This document shows, one piece after another, positions 11,401-21,597 of a stretch of DNA of 33,229 nt. The DNA lies in contig LWCA01000301.1 in NCBI GenBank assembly GCA_001642005.1, positions 1-33,229 of the forward strand. The letters run 5' to 3'. The notes below the pieces were generated by a model. The model did no database searches. It saw only the letters and a program-made list of their open reading frames with translations, and was not told the origin of the DNA. A program made the translations under genes and the position numbers. Position 1 is the first letter of the stretch. Each line of letters opens with the position of its first letter. The stretch comes from Intoshia linei (Eukaryota > Animalia > Orthonectida).

Positions 11401-12342
11401 TACAATAGACAACACTCCTAAACTTCGCGTACAAGCTTCGTGTAAAGGATATCTATACTTGTCGTTCAATATTGTTGGATTTGCTTTCTTGTTAATGAGA
11501 GTTCTAACCACATCTTCTTTAGCGTATTTTGCAGCGTAGTGTAGAGCTGTATTACCAAATTTATCCTTTTTGTTTATATTCATTCCCAATTCTAAACATC
11601 TCTCTACAATAAATAATTGATTTTCTTTTGCTGCGTGCATCAACAAATCTGTACCGTTTTCGTCTGATTTCAAAATGTTCAAATCGTTTTTATCTTTATT
11701 TCTTAAGACCAATTCGACAGTTGACCATTCCATACGCTGTACCAATCCCAATATTTTGGACATTAACTCTTCACTAGCTATACTATTCTTAATTTCAGTT
11801 GTATTTTGCGGCATATTTTGAATATTTGCTTTATCAGATTTTAATATTGCTCCTTTAACTCTTTGAAATATAGACGGATTTTTAGAAACTTCATATTGGT
11901 CCTTTATATCTGCCATTTGCGTAATTTTTGAAATACTACCTAAACTGGGCGTTTTTTTTGCGTTTGATGGTTTGTCGATATTTGACATGTCAATTGAAAT
12001 TTCTTTACCATCATTCATGGCATTTTTTTCAAACTGTACTTTTTTGATTCTATCCTTTAAATTTTCGATTGATTTTACCCGTTTTAAAATCTTTTTTTTG
12101 ACATCACTACTTGCAATTTGTGTGCCGTTATTTAAAGAATTTAATACTATATTTTTCGATGCCAATTCCTTTTTATTAATATGATATGGAATGCTTGCTG
12201 CTTTTAATTTTGATGGTACACCTTTTGATTTTCCATTTATATTGATATTATCATTTGAGCCATTAGCTGTGACTCCATTTAATCGTACCTTGACAATCTT
12301 TCGTTGCCCGCTCCCATTCCCTTTTTGATTATTTTGATCCAT
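1709..12342 (-). CDS. nompC: NompC/TRPN mechanosensitive TRP channel; N-terminus, ankyrin array and linker (3'-partial, channel exons outside window)
   Basis: 21 GT-AG exons splice in frame: 12342-10843, 10480-10382, 9059-8958, 8894-8793, 7522-7466, 7129-7088, 6825-6697, 5716-5588, 5059-4943, 4899-4801, 4745-4545, 4501-4454, 4213-4163, 4084-3983, 3780-3775, 3732-3628, 3331-3230, 2991-2856, 2800-2706, 2662-2626, 2413-1709 (3964 nt). NompC-diagnostic segments appear in the expected order: RTKDGSTLIHVASISGHPETALVFMKKGVPLHMPN; YTALHLAVENSQPLVVEMLLGYGA; ETPLHISARIDNGEQCTEMLLKSGA; HQARVDVFDE; LLNNKAFVNAKS; LLGQGAEIDAKD; linker FNLMLMGKINNQRSIEEFVMSSQVPIEIAIHLS...KEKERSND...CENLAVEL. Compared with Drosophila NompC from memory. 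Confidence 0.93.
3775..3780 (-). CDS. 6-nt microexon (Asp-Glu) of the TRPN gene
   Basis: Minus strand reads catttag GAC GAG gtaaag. It is phase 0/0 and converts ...MIMP|NGMT to MIMP-DE-NGMT, the ankyrin D-x-x-G-x-T hairpin motif. Confidence 0.75.
5240..5563 (+). mobile_element. Non-autonomous Helitron-like repeat, 3' portion (copy C)
   Basis: Clearly similar to 27099-27300 (reverse) and 25320-25477. Hairpin CTGTTTGTAC-GAA-GTACAAAACAG at 5531-5554, then CCAG|T terminus. Confidence 0.7.
6180..6490 (+). repeat. Internal fragment related to the Helitron-like family
   Basis: GTGTTTTACCGTTTATTTA and AAAAACCCCGAATTACCTTTTTATTTTAAA resemble 15340-15490 (reverse) and 23995-24030. Boundaries approximate. 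Confidence 0.5.
7794..8384 (-). mobile_element. Internally deleted hAT (hATx-like) element, 591 bp
   Basis: Perfect 10-bp TIR TAGTGATTGT / ACAATCACTA. 8-bp TSD ttggttac (7786-7793) / ttggttcc (8385-8392). Subterminal CGGGAAAT repeats. The minus strand about 8215-8055 encodes a hAT dimerisation-domain remnant: EALMSVQLTSTQNERNFSTASNFVTTRKTRLKDESINIMC. Confidence 0.85.
9186..10197. mobile_element. Probable degenerate hATx-like non-autonomous element
   Basis: Imperfect TIRs: TAGAGAATTTAATATCTCCAGAA versus reverse complement of right end TAGAGATTGCAATTTCTCGAGAA (18/23). No TSD is recognisable. Confidence 0.45.
10843..12342 (-). CDS. nompC: TRPN exon 1 (1500 nt): Lys/Asn-rich N-terminal extension plus first ankyrin repeats
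   Basis: Corresponds to the 506-aa ORF 10822..12342. The ATG is directly preceded by in-frame TGA TAA. The donor GT at 10842-10841 follows ...LHMPNM. Confidence 0.9.
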
Positions 12343-12581
12343 TTATCAAAAGGTTGTTTATCTGCTAATTTTAAAATTCACCAACAAGAATTTAAATTTC
12401 CATACATATGTAATATTTTTTATTCAAATATATTTATAATTACCCAAAAATCAATTTTATCGCTAGATACTAAAAAACATTTAATTTAAAACCATACACT
12501 GGAAAATTTACAACACTTTGCTATTATAAAAATAGGACTATTATTATATTTTACATATTAATCAATAATATTATTTAAATT

Positions 12582-15500
12582 TTAATGACAACAAATTAAA
12601 TAATTTTTTGATTTGTTGGTGTCGTATATAAAATTATTATTATAAACATATAATGTATTTCTTTGGTCGTTTCTGATGTAATCTATGCGGTATATTTTGT
12701 AGCTAAATAGTTGTTGTTTCTAAAAATTAAATAAATATAATAAACTGTAATAACCTTAATATAACAGTTTAATAGTGATGCAGAGTTGATTAAAATACAA
12801 GGGTAATCGCGATTAAATGGGACAATTATTAGTCTTTTACGAGTATTTGAAACGTGTATCCATTATGTATGTATTAATACTTTTAGTCTCATCATTATTA
12901 TTATAAATCATTTATTACTTGTTTGATTATATTTGACAAATGTAACTCTTTGTTGTGATTTTCTATATACTTTTCAGCAACAGGCTTAACATCGTCAACC
13001 TCATTTAAATCATTCAATTCGGCCTAAAATTTGTTAATTATAAATAATTTGTCAAAATAAAAATTCCAAATGAAAATGCTTATTAATTGCAAATTGCAAT
13101 TTTAAATAACGCACTAAAAACTTATCTACTTACATATATCAAGTACAATTTGCTAAAAATATGTTCCTGTGTGTTAATATATATTTAAAAAACTGCCAGC
13201 CTCAAAAATTTTCAAAACAAAAATTCTAAGTCAGCATTTTCCGGCGCAGAAGTACAACAATTTAAATGAAAATAAGAAATTCGTATGTTAACGATCAAAA
13301 AATCAAATTTCACTATTTCTAGAACATTCAAAAACACACAATGTTACCATTATTTAAAGAAATTCATTTACTACAATACTCTCTAAATTACTCTAATATG
13401 CAATAATCTAAACTTTAATACAAGTTTGGGAACCTGTTTTAAAATGTTATTAAAAGTGGATGGTCAGTGACCATTGGTCACATGTTTGGTAATAAAATTG
13501 GTATGCAGATATTTTGTATAAGATTTTATACTGTATTCAATTTTTTGTAAAATTAAAAAAAGACCTCTGCAAAGCTAGCTATTATTTGTAAAAATTTGTA
13601 AAAAGTTCATAACAGTCAAGTCCATACTGTACCAAATTTAAATTATATAAATTACTTCAATTTCAATACTTTCATATCTCAAATTCAATTCAACAAGAGA
13701 CTTGAGAGTGTCAGGTATTAGATCATCCCTTTTTATTGTACATTTTGATTTGTAAATTTGCCTATATTGGTAAATGTACACCGAGTTATAGATTCGTAAT
13801 GATTTTAATTTATAAATTAAAAATTAATGTTACAATTTTGAACTGACTTGTAGAAAATATTCCAATCTTCTATATCCTTCACATACATTACATACTATTC
13901 TAGAGTTTCCTTTGCATGTATAACAGCTATGAAATGTTTAATTTAATGTTGTAAATACATTTAATGTAGTAATACTTTATAATCGTGGTATATCCACATC
14001 TCACACAATACGGACGAACTCCATTTTTCATTGTCTAAAAATTTTTATAATACAAAAAAATTTTAATCAACATTCTATATCAGCGTTCGCTAATGAGTGC
14101 TAGCAGAATATTTTTAGGAGCACAAATATTTTTTAGTAATTTTTGTTTTAAATTTTAATCTTAAAACAACCATAAAATTATTCTATAAATAGTTGGTCAT
14201 TATCCCTTTTTTCACTTAATTGCATTGCAATGCAGTGGTTTATACAGATAATTAATGGTTATTAACCATATAAAAATTACATTTAAACACATTAAACATT
14301 GTAATTTTCGTTGTCCGTTACATCTAAAGCAGCGTACAAAACCAAATCCGTGACAATTGTGACAATTCTATTAAATTGTAATTATTTAAAAAAATATGTC
14401 CGTGTTTTCAACATTAAAATTAAAACCACTGATAAAAAGGTTAAGAACCTATGGATTAGATTTATTTTATAAAGTCGAATTATTTTCAATTAGGAAGGGC
14501 GGGTGTAAGACATAATGTGATCAGTGACTCTCAACACGGTCCATGTTGACCACCAGTGGTCCACAGATAATTTCCAGTGGTCCACAAAAAAATTTTGGTG
14601 ATCCTCATAGAGATTCATATATTATTTAAAATGTATACATTAAAAAATTTTATAATAGCTATTAAACTGTTATATCAGGGTTCCCACACTTTTTTTACGG
14701 TGGACCTTTAATAAATTATATAATTTATCGCGGACCATTAAAGCGAAATTACTAGACAACCCTAAAAAAAATTTATAACAAAACGTAATAAATTGACTTT
14801 TAATTAGTAAACATATTTCACCGACTACTACCGATCCGCGGACCGGCATTTGGGAAACGATGTGCTATATTATACTTTGTTGGGATAAATTTAATAAATG
14901 TAACAGCTTCATACTATGGTAAATTGGATTTTAGAATCCTAATAGTAGGAGTGTTAATTTTATGGTAAGCTGTAATGGCGTTTTTAAAGTTTAAGGCTTA
15001 AACAATACAGTTAATTAAAATATATATTAATACTTTAACTTAAAGGTATAAAGTAAAAATACTCATTTAAAAAAACAATACGAGAAACCTTGATTATTTT
15101 ACCAAATTTGTAAGGTTAAAAAATGTGACTAGAAGATCTCCATAATTAAAGCTTTACTGAAAATTTCAAGACATGTTTCATTTTTCAAATAAAAGAATAA
15201 TTTGTAGTTTTGACCATAAATAAATGCGTTTCTGAGGCTGAGATTTACTACAATAATGTTAATGATTTAATTAAATATTTATATTATAAATATTTAATTA
15301 AAAATGCGTCCCAGAATGTATGTATTATTAATTTTTTGGGCTGATTTTTTTTTTAAATAAAAGGGAAATTTGGGGTTTTAACTTTAATGGACTCAAATTC
15401 TAAAACTGAAAACTAGATAAAAACACGTCCTGGGAAAAACTGTTTTAGAAATCTACGACTGTCAATTTTGTAAATAAACGGTAACACATAGAAACAGACA

Positions 15501-18215
15501 CGGACATAAAATTTAATATTAGTAAAGGATTGAAATTAAAGTATATTCGTTAATATAAAACTTCTTCCGCTAACCGGAATTTGGAAAATGTTGGTTTATG
15601 GTGGTCCATAAAAATTTTAAGAATAAAATATGGTCGACAGCGAAAAAAAGGTTGAGAAACACTGGTGTAGATTAACCAAATTAAATTAAAAAATTATGAT
15701 AAAATTAAACAATAAAAAACAATGCATTAAAAAAATATTAAATGAATGTATTCAAATTTAAATAATAATGATAATATACATTAATGCAGATAGATTCAGG
15801 TACAACATAAAAACTTTTTTTGTTTTTATTATTATACGATCGAGAAAAAGTGACATTCCAAGTATATTTATTTATATCGATTCGTTTTGATTGGAGATGT
15901 ACTTGAGCAGTTGTAGGTTTAAACCGGTAAGATATAAATCGATTTTCAAATAAACTTGCCAATTTGTACTAAATTTTTAATAGACTCGTAATATTATTTT
16001 AATGTAGTAATTAAGATATATTAAATAATACATACATTAAATAAATTTTATACATATAATATATACTATAATATAGAGTAGTATATAGTAATACTTATAC
16101 TATAAGTGTTATAATATTTTCCATTTAGTTTAAATTAGAACATGGCATGAAACACTATATTATTGTAATATTAGATAAGCCATTACCAAATGGGGCACTC
16201 ATCTTCAGGAAATATAAATGTTCAATATTTTGATATATTTCTCAATAAGTATTGAATTATTCTAATTTACCATGTTAAATTGCATAGCTACAATTTGTAA
16301 TATACATTTGTAAAAAATACCATCAAGAAACTAGATTCCTTCATATCAATAATTTTTATAGTCTGCGGAAATAATGATATACAACTTGATAAATATTTGT
16401 GCACTATACTAGATAAACTATCTCTATCAAAATTTCTAGCAAAAATATTAAATATTGATATATAATGACAATTCTAAATTTTCGTAATATTACAAATTAT
16501 TTGTACGTTGCAAGGAATCTGCTTCAACCATTTGACGAGAGTAATTAACTTTAACTTCTAATTTTAAAAATAATTATCATATTGAATCAAATTAAATTTG
16601 TTTTATAACGGTATTAAATTAATAGTATACAATTAAATATAGTACAAATGTATATGTATAATCCCTACTTGTCAAAAGTAAAAGTAGCAAAAAGTGTATG
16701 TCTATCTGTGTAACAATACACAGCCAAGCCTGTTCAATATTAACATAATGGAACCAAAATTTTGTTAGTGTTATTATTATCGTTGTAAATAAAAAATGAA
16801 AAAAATATACATTAAAAAAAATTTGCAGTTAAAATGTTAATTTTTTATTTTAAAATGCTTTTAATCATTCTAAATAGTGCAAATTATGTTAACAGAAAAA
16901 ACTGACCACTCTCATTATTTCAAAAATAAAACTTAAATATCAGTGTATTGCGACGTAGAAAGTACAATACATTTCAAACTAAGCAATTGGCATATCCAGT
17001 GAAAAAATAAATTTAATTTTTTTTAACAATAAATGAAAATAACCCTAGAATGTTCGAATAGGTTATTCTCATATAATTTATTTCAACCGATCTCTTCAAA
17101 AAATTTGAACCATAAAGTATAATATAGGAAGTTGAACTAATATCAGTTCACTAATAACAATTGGAACTGACAAATAGCGAATTAAAATTTTCAGATTGAT
17201 ACAACAGTAAAAAATTACCAACATTAAAATCTCGTAATATATCGTATTGATATAAAAAATCCAAGGAACTTATTTTTGGACACGACATTACCGCTTGCGT
17301 TAAATTTGGATCATCTACCATTAATGACTTTGATAAATTATCCCAACTGTAGGTGTCATTATATTTAGAGAATTCCCATGCTAAATATATTTAAGTAGTC
17401 ATTAATTAGTTATAATTAATAATTTGAAATAGGTAAATATGTTTTTCAATTTTTTTTAATAGTAACTTTATCTAAGAATATTAATTTAATGAAGATATAA
17501 ACAATTAAAATATAAATTTAGTTGGGCAATATAATTCAAAATTTAAAAAATTATCCTATTTTTTTAGTTATTAAATGTCATGTGAAAGACGCGAAATGTA
17601 TAAAATAAATATTAGATTTGTAATATAATGCGTTATATTATTATTAGATGCAATCACTGTAATAGTATTTTTTTTGCATTTTTGATTATATTTAATATAT
17701 TTAATAAATTGAATTTGATTATTCTAATTTTATAAACTAATTTTAACGGAGATTTGAGATTTTAAAATGGAAAAAACCACCAATTGATCAGTAGTAATTC
17801 GTAGAAAAAATTCAATAATACGTTCATTATCCATATTGGTCTTCAATTCTCTCATCATAGACAACATTTTTTTTTTTGGAAATGGTTTTTCTATCGGTGA
17901 TGCATCATCTTCGCCTCCCACATAGCAAAAATTTGTGTTGATGTACGGTAATTGCCAGTAAACAGTGTCTAAATACATTTAACACTATTTCAAATAAATT
18001 AGAATGATTTCATTCAATTTTAATGCCCACAAATAAAATTTAATTAAATATAATTATTAAAAACAATCGTTTAATAATTAATAATAGCTAGAGAATGCTT
18101 AAAAGTTAATCAAATTGTTGTGTAATTGCATTAAAATATATCAATTGCATCGAAATGTTTTACCTTGTAGAAAGCATCTATTTTTAAAATATTTTCCATT
18201 ATTTGAAGACAACAT
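12582..18215 (-). CDS. SSUH2: SSUH2 (ssu-2 homolog)-like protein with six CxxC zinc-finger motifs, about 438 aa
   Basis: Phase-consistent exons: 18215-18164, 17968-17822, 17380-17219, 16557-16494, 16435-16321, 15968-15780, 14367-14281, 14034-13976, 13926-13834, 13761-13656, 13023-12919, 12719-12582. They give YKLASLFENR...TWNV...VPESICIN-NCHNCHGFGFVRCFRCNGQRKLQCLMC...CVRC...CYTCKGNSRIVCNVCEGYRRLEYFLQV...IIKQKQQL...LYVYNNNFIY...LICCH*, matching SSUH2 layout as recalled (YRLETFSESR, W, VPH, 6 CxxC, QQRQ, YIYG, terminal CC). The first 2-3 exons and the start codon are less certain. Confidence 0.8.
14676..14862. mobile_element. 187-bp hAT Buster-type MITE
   Basis: Ends CAGGGTTCCCACAC / TTTGGGAAACGATG. 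8-bp TSD tgttatat / tgctatat with central TA. GGACC subterminal motifs. Confidence 0.75.
15160..15529 (-). mobile_element. Helitron-like 5' fragment
   Basis: Minus strand starts A|TCCTTTACTAATATTAAA, similar to the copy B start A|TCCTTACTTATATAA. The internal CCCCAAATTTCCCTTTT block is shared with the family. Confidence 0.55.
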
Positions 18216-18774
18216 ATAACAGAATATTAGAATTAATATGAAGAGTTTTAATAAAATGTAAAAATATGTGTTACAAGCTAAAACTGTAACACCAAGTTAA
18301 TTTTAATTAAATCGATTTTTTTATAATGTCAATCTAAAATACAAATGCATATTTTTAATAATTGATTTATTCGAATTCACAGTACATTCGAATTAATATC
18401 CTTTTGTTGGTAATACTGGATGCTAGACTTGTATTAAAATAGTTTATGAAAATAATTAAAGATACATGGTGAATATGAGATAGATCAAAGAACACGTATG
18501 ACTCACTGATGATACATAAGTCTAGGTTAAGAACTATACATGACCATACCGTGTTATTTTTTATTAAAATTTATTCCGCCAACGTTCAAAAAATGGAACA
18601 ATGGAAGTTTCCTAGTAAAGTTTTACCATTATGAGAAATTTAATTTTACATTCGTATGTCTAAGCCATTTTTATTCTTATAAACGACATCGTGAAAAATA
18701 TCCAAATAAAAGCTGATGATCAGGGCTGGCTGAAATGATAATACCAGTAGAATTTTACTGGCAGTAACTCCTAG

Positions 18775-18981
18775 TAAATTCACTTTATAGTATAAAAAAA
18801 TGTGATATGACGGTTCCACCTGAAACAAGTTTGGAAACCACTCTTTTAAAGGATTGCTAATAGTGAACAGTAGGATTTTTAAGTTAGATTTTCAACATGA
18901 ATTTATTTTTTTGGTAGAATAAAAATGTGCCCTCGGCAGAGCTAGGTGCTGTTTGTACGTAGTACATAACAGTCAACCTAG
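18775..18981 (+). mobile_element. Helitron-like 3' portion (copy E)
   Basis: Hairpin CTGTTTGTAC-GTA-GTACATAACAG (18949-18972), then CTAG|T (18978-18982). Shares GGTTCCACCTGAAACAAGTT with the copy at 26515-26670. Confidence 0.75.
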
Positions 18982-19866
18982 TATCATATACAATATTATA
19001 CATTTATATCACCACATTATTACTGGTACCACCCCTGCTGATGATAAAAGGTAATCCTCCAAATTATTTCATAGCAAAAAGTAATCTGAACAGGGAAGAA
19101 AGACTATATCAACGGTTCCCAAAGTGGTACACAGGAAATTCTAGGTGGTCTGTAAGAAAAATTTTAAATAAAAAGATCAAATTTTTTAACAATAAAATTA
19201 TATAATAATAATAATTATTATCGAAATATGTATTAATATAATAATACATAATAATAATAAAAAAATAAGTCAATCCTATCAATACCGCCACTATATCTAT
19301 TATTATGTTACTATATAACTGCTTATTAATACACTGTAACAATATCCATGATCTATTCGCTACAACTTTATACAGTCAATTCTGTTCTATATAAACATCC
19401 TAGAATATGAACTCAGCTTAATATGAACACGACAATTTTATTTGAACAAACATTGATTGAACATTTCGAAACTTTTAATTATATTATTATCGACATTCAT
19501 ATATGTTTATATTACAGTATAGTATAAACATGATCCCGTATAAAGTATACCCCGGCAATGCTTCCCATTTACCTCAAGAGTAATAAATATAAATTTGTCA
19601 ATCATAATATTAAAGTTTGGTCAAGCGCGGACCAAATGAAATTTTAATAATAAATCAGAATGAACATAAAGTTATTTATGAATGTTAACTGAATTACTAT
19701 TTACGCTTTTTATAAAATGGATATTACTAAGCGTATCAAAATAAATTTAGATTAAATAAATAATTCACAAAATCAAATATCGAACTTTTATACTTGTTTT
19801 CACTGAAAATTCAGAATATTTATAAATTTATGAAATTACTATTTATTAATTATATAATAAAATTCT

Positions 19867-21090
19867 ATGAACAACAAAAAGATTCAAATAAATAACCAAG
19901 ATTTTAATTTTTCTGTTTTAAAATTAATTTCACATCATACAGATGACTTACATGATAAAGATTATAAATACGGTCAAGTTGATGTTATATCAGTAAAAAA
20001 AGCTGATATGGCATTCATTATTACAAATACCTCTATTCGAAAAATTAATTCAATTCTAAAACTGTCCAACAATAAATCAAATATATCAAGTAAAAGTGCA
20101 CTATTTTATAATATAAACAAAATTTTAAAAAAACTGTTAAAGAAACTTTAATAAATGATAAAGCTTCGTTTAACCAAAACTTGTATTTACGTTTTGACGG
20201 CAAAATAATAATTATATATGACGGCCATAAAACTAAGAAACTGGTTGTTTGTATTTCTGAAGAAAATTATTCAATACTCATTGCTTTACGGTCATTAAAT
20301 AATAGTAAGGGTCTTACAATATACCAATAAATTCTAAATGTCTTGGAGTTATTTACATTATTGTTAATATTAATGATAAAATATCAATGGTGATTTGCGA
20401 TACAAGAAGCTCCAACACCGGTATTCATCAGGGTGTAATAAATTATTTTAAACAGCTTTTGCCAGAGTTTACATACGAAGGTTGTCGGTTTCATATATTA
20501 GACCTTATACTTAAACATGTTTTTTATACTGTTTTTGAAGTTAATACAAATTCCCCCACTATTCCATTTTCGTTTGTAACAAAATTTAAATAAAATTATT
20601 ATTATTATTATTAATTATTATAAAATATAAATATATCGGAGAAATCAATATAGAACACAATGCTAATTTACAGGGAAATTGGCGTAATGACTACAAAGCA
20701 TTATCTGAACTAATAAACGCTTATAAAACTCAAACCAAATACCAAAAAAATCCAATTATCAAATTTAAAAAGCCGGGGTGCATTTCTAATTATCGAAGGA
20801 ATGCAAAAGCATTATATGCATTGAAATCATACATCTTAAATGTGGATAGAGCACAGGATATGAAACAAATTTGTGATTTTATAGCAAATGTTTGGTTTGA
20901 ATGTTGGTTTACATGCAGATTTCAAACATTTGCAGAATGGGATTCCTTAGAAGCAGAATTGCTATTAAATTATCCCACTGTAGCTAAATGTTTGAACAAG
21001 CATTGAAAAAACACTTTGAGCAGAAGGCTAAAAATTTCGTACACAAACAAAATAGCAGAACGGGCTTTAAAATGCATGGATGACTATTTC
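19867..21090 (+). pseudogene. Decayed DDE transposase, hATm-like
   Basis: Fragments in order across frames: YLRFDGK, MVICDTRSSNTG, GCRFHILDLILKHVF, KKPGCISNYRRNAKALYALK, TNKIAERALK. These resemble the (W/F)DGK / FDTTxSNTG / CRHH / PGAxHxARWMAKxIY / NxxAER motifs recalled for hATm-type transposases. Many stops and frameshifts; TIRs not found. Confidence 0.7.
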
Positions 21091-21597
21091 ATCTGATGAA
21101 AAATTGGAACAAATGTGTATAAAAAATTAAAATCATAATTAAAATATATTTTTATCTAATTATACGACTATAAAGATACGTTGTTTTGTGTTTTGTTTGT
21201 TTTTATCCTATATCTATATATAGTTATGATATACCAATATAAAACATTCCGTTGGATAAATCGTTTGTTTTTGTCAACTAAATATAATTAAACAGAATAT
21301 ATTAACAAATATTGACCATTTTATTTTTATCGATTGAACAAATTCTTTAATATATCTATAATTAAAATTTAATAATTAAATATTTGTTTATATAGCTAAA
21401 TTATTTATTGATAATTACTAGAAATAACTGAAAAATAAAATTAGCACTCAACTCAAGCTATATATACTATTAGGTCGACAACAAAAAAACAAATAAATTT
21501 CTAGTAAAATATTTTAAGTGACTCAAATTTAAGTTAAATTTTTAATTCAATTTTAATTGAACAATTAAAAAAAGAAAAGTAAATTAAATGTTTATTA

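Larger units (their letters stand above)
14522..15664. mobile_element. hAT Buster-type MITE carrying nested insertions
   Basis: Left end CAGTGACTCTCAAC; right end reverse complement CAGTGTTTCTCAAC. GTGGTCCA subterminal motifs occur at both ends. The right flank gtgTAgat fits the Buster nnnTAnnn target; the left flank matches only partly. Confidence 0.55.

Noticed and set aside
1620-12342. Several independent ankyrin-repeat genes, a TRPA1, or a bacterial/viral ankyrin effector cluster
   Set aside because: The pieces join by canonical GT-AG splicing into one protein colinear with NompC, including its specific linker.
11312-12489. Plus-strand ORFs overlapping TRPN exon 1
   Set aside because: Antisense shadows with no recognisable motifs.
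13834-14367. DnaJ/Hsp40 call from CxxCxGxG motifs
   Set aside because: No J-domain/HPD or G/F region; six CxxC pairs and the flanking motifs fit SSUH2.
19010-19160. GC-richer patch as an exon
   Set aside because: No convincing frame or phase partner; it contains a Buster-like end (CGGTTCCCAAAGTGG).
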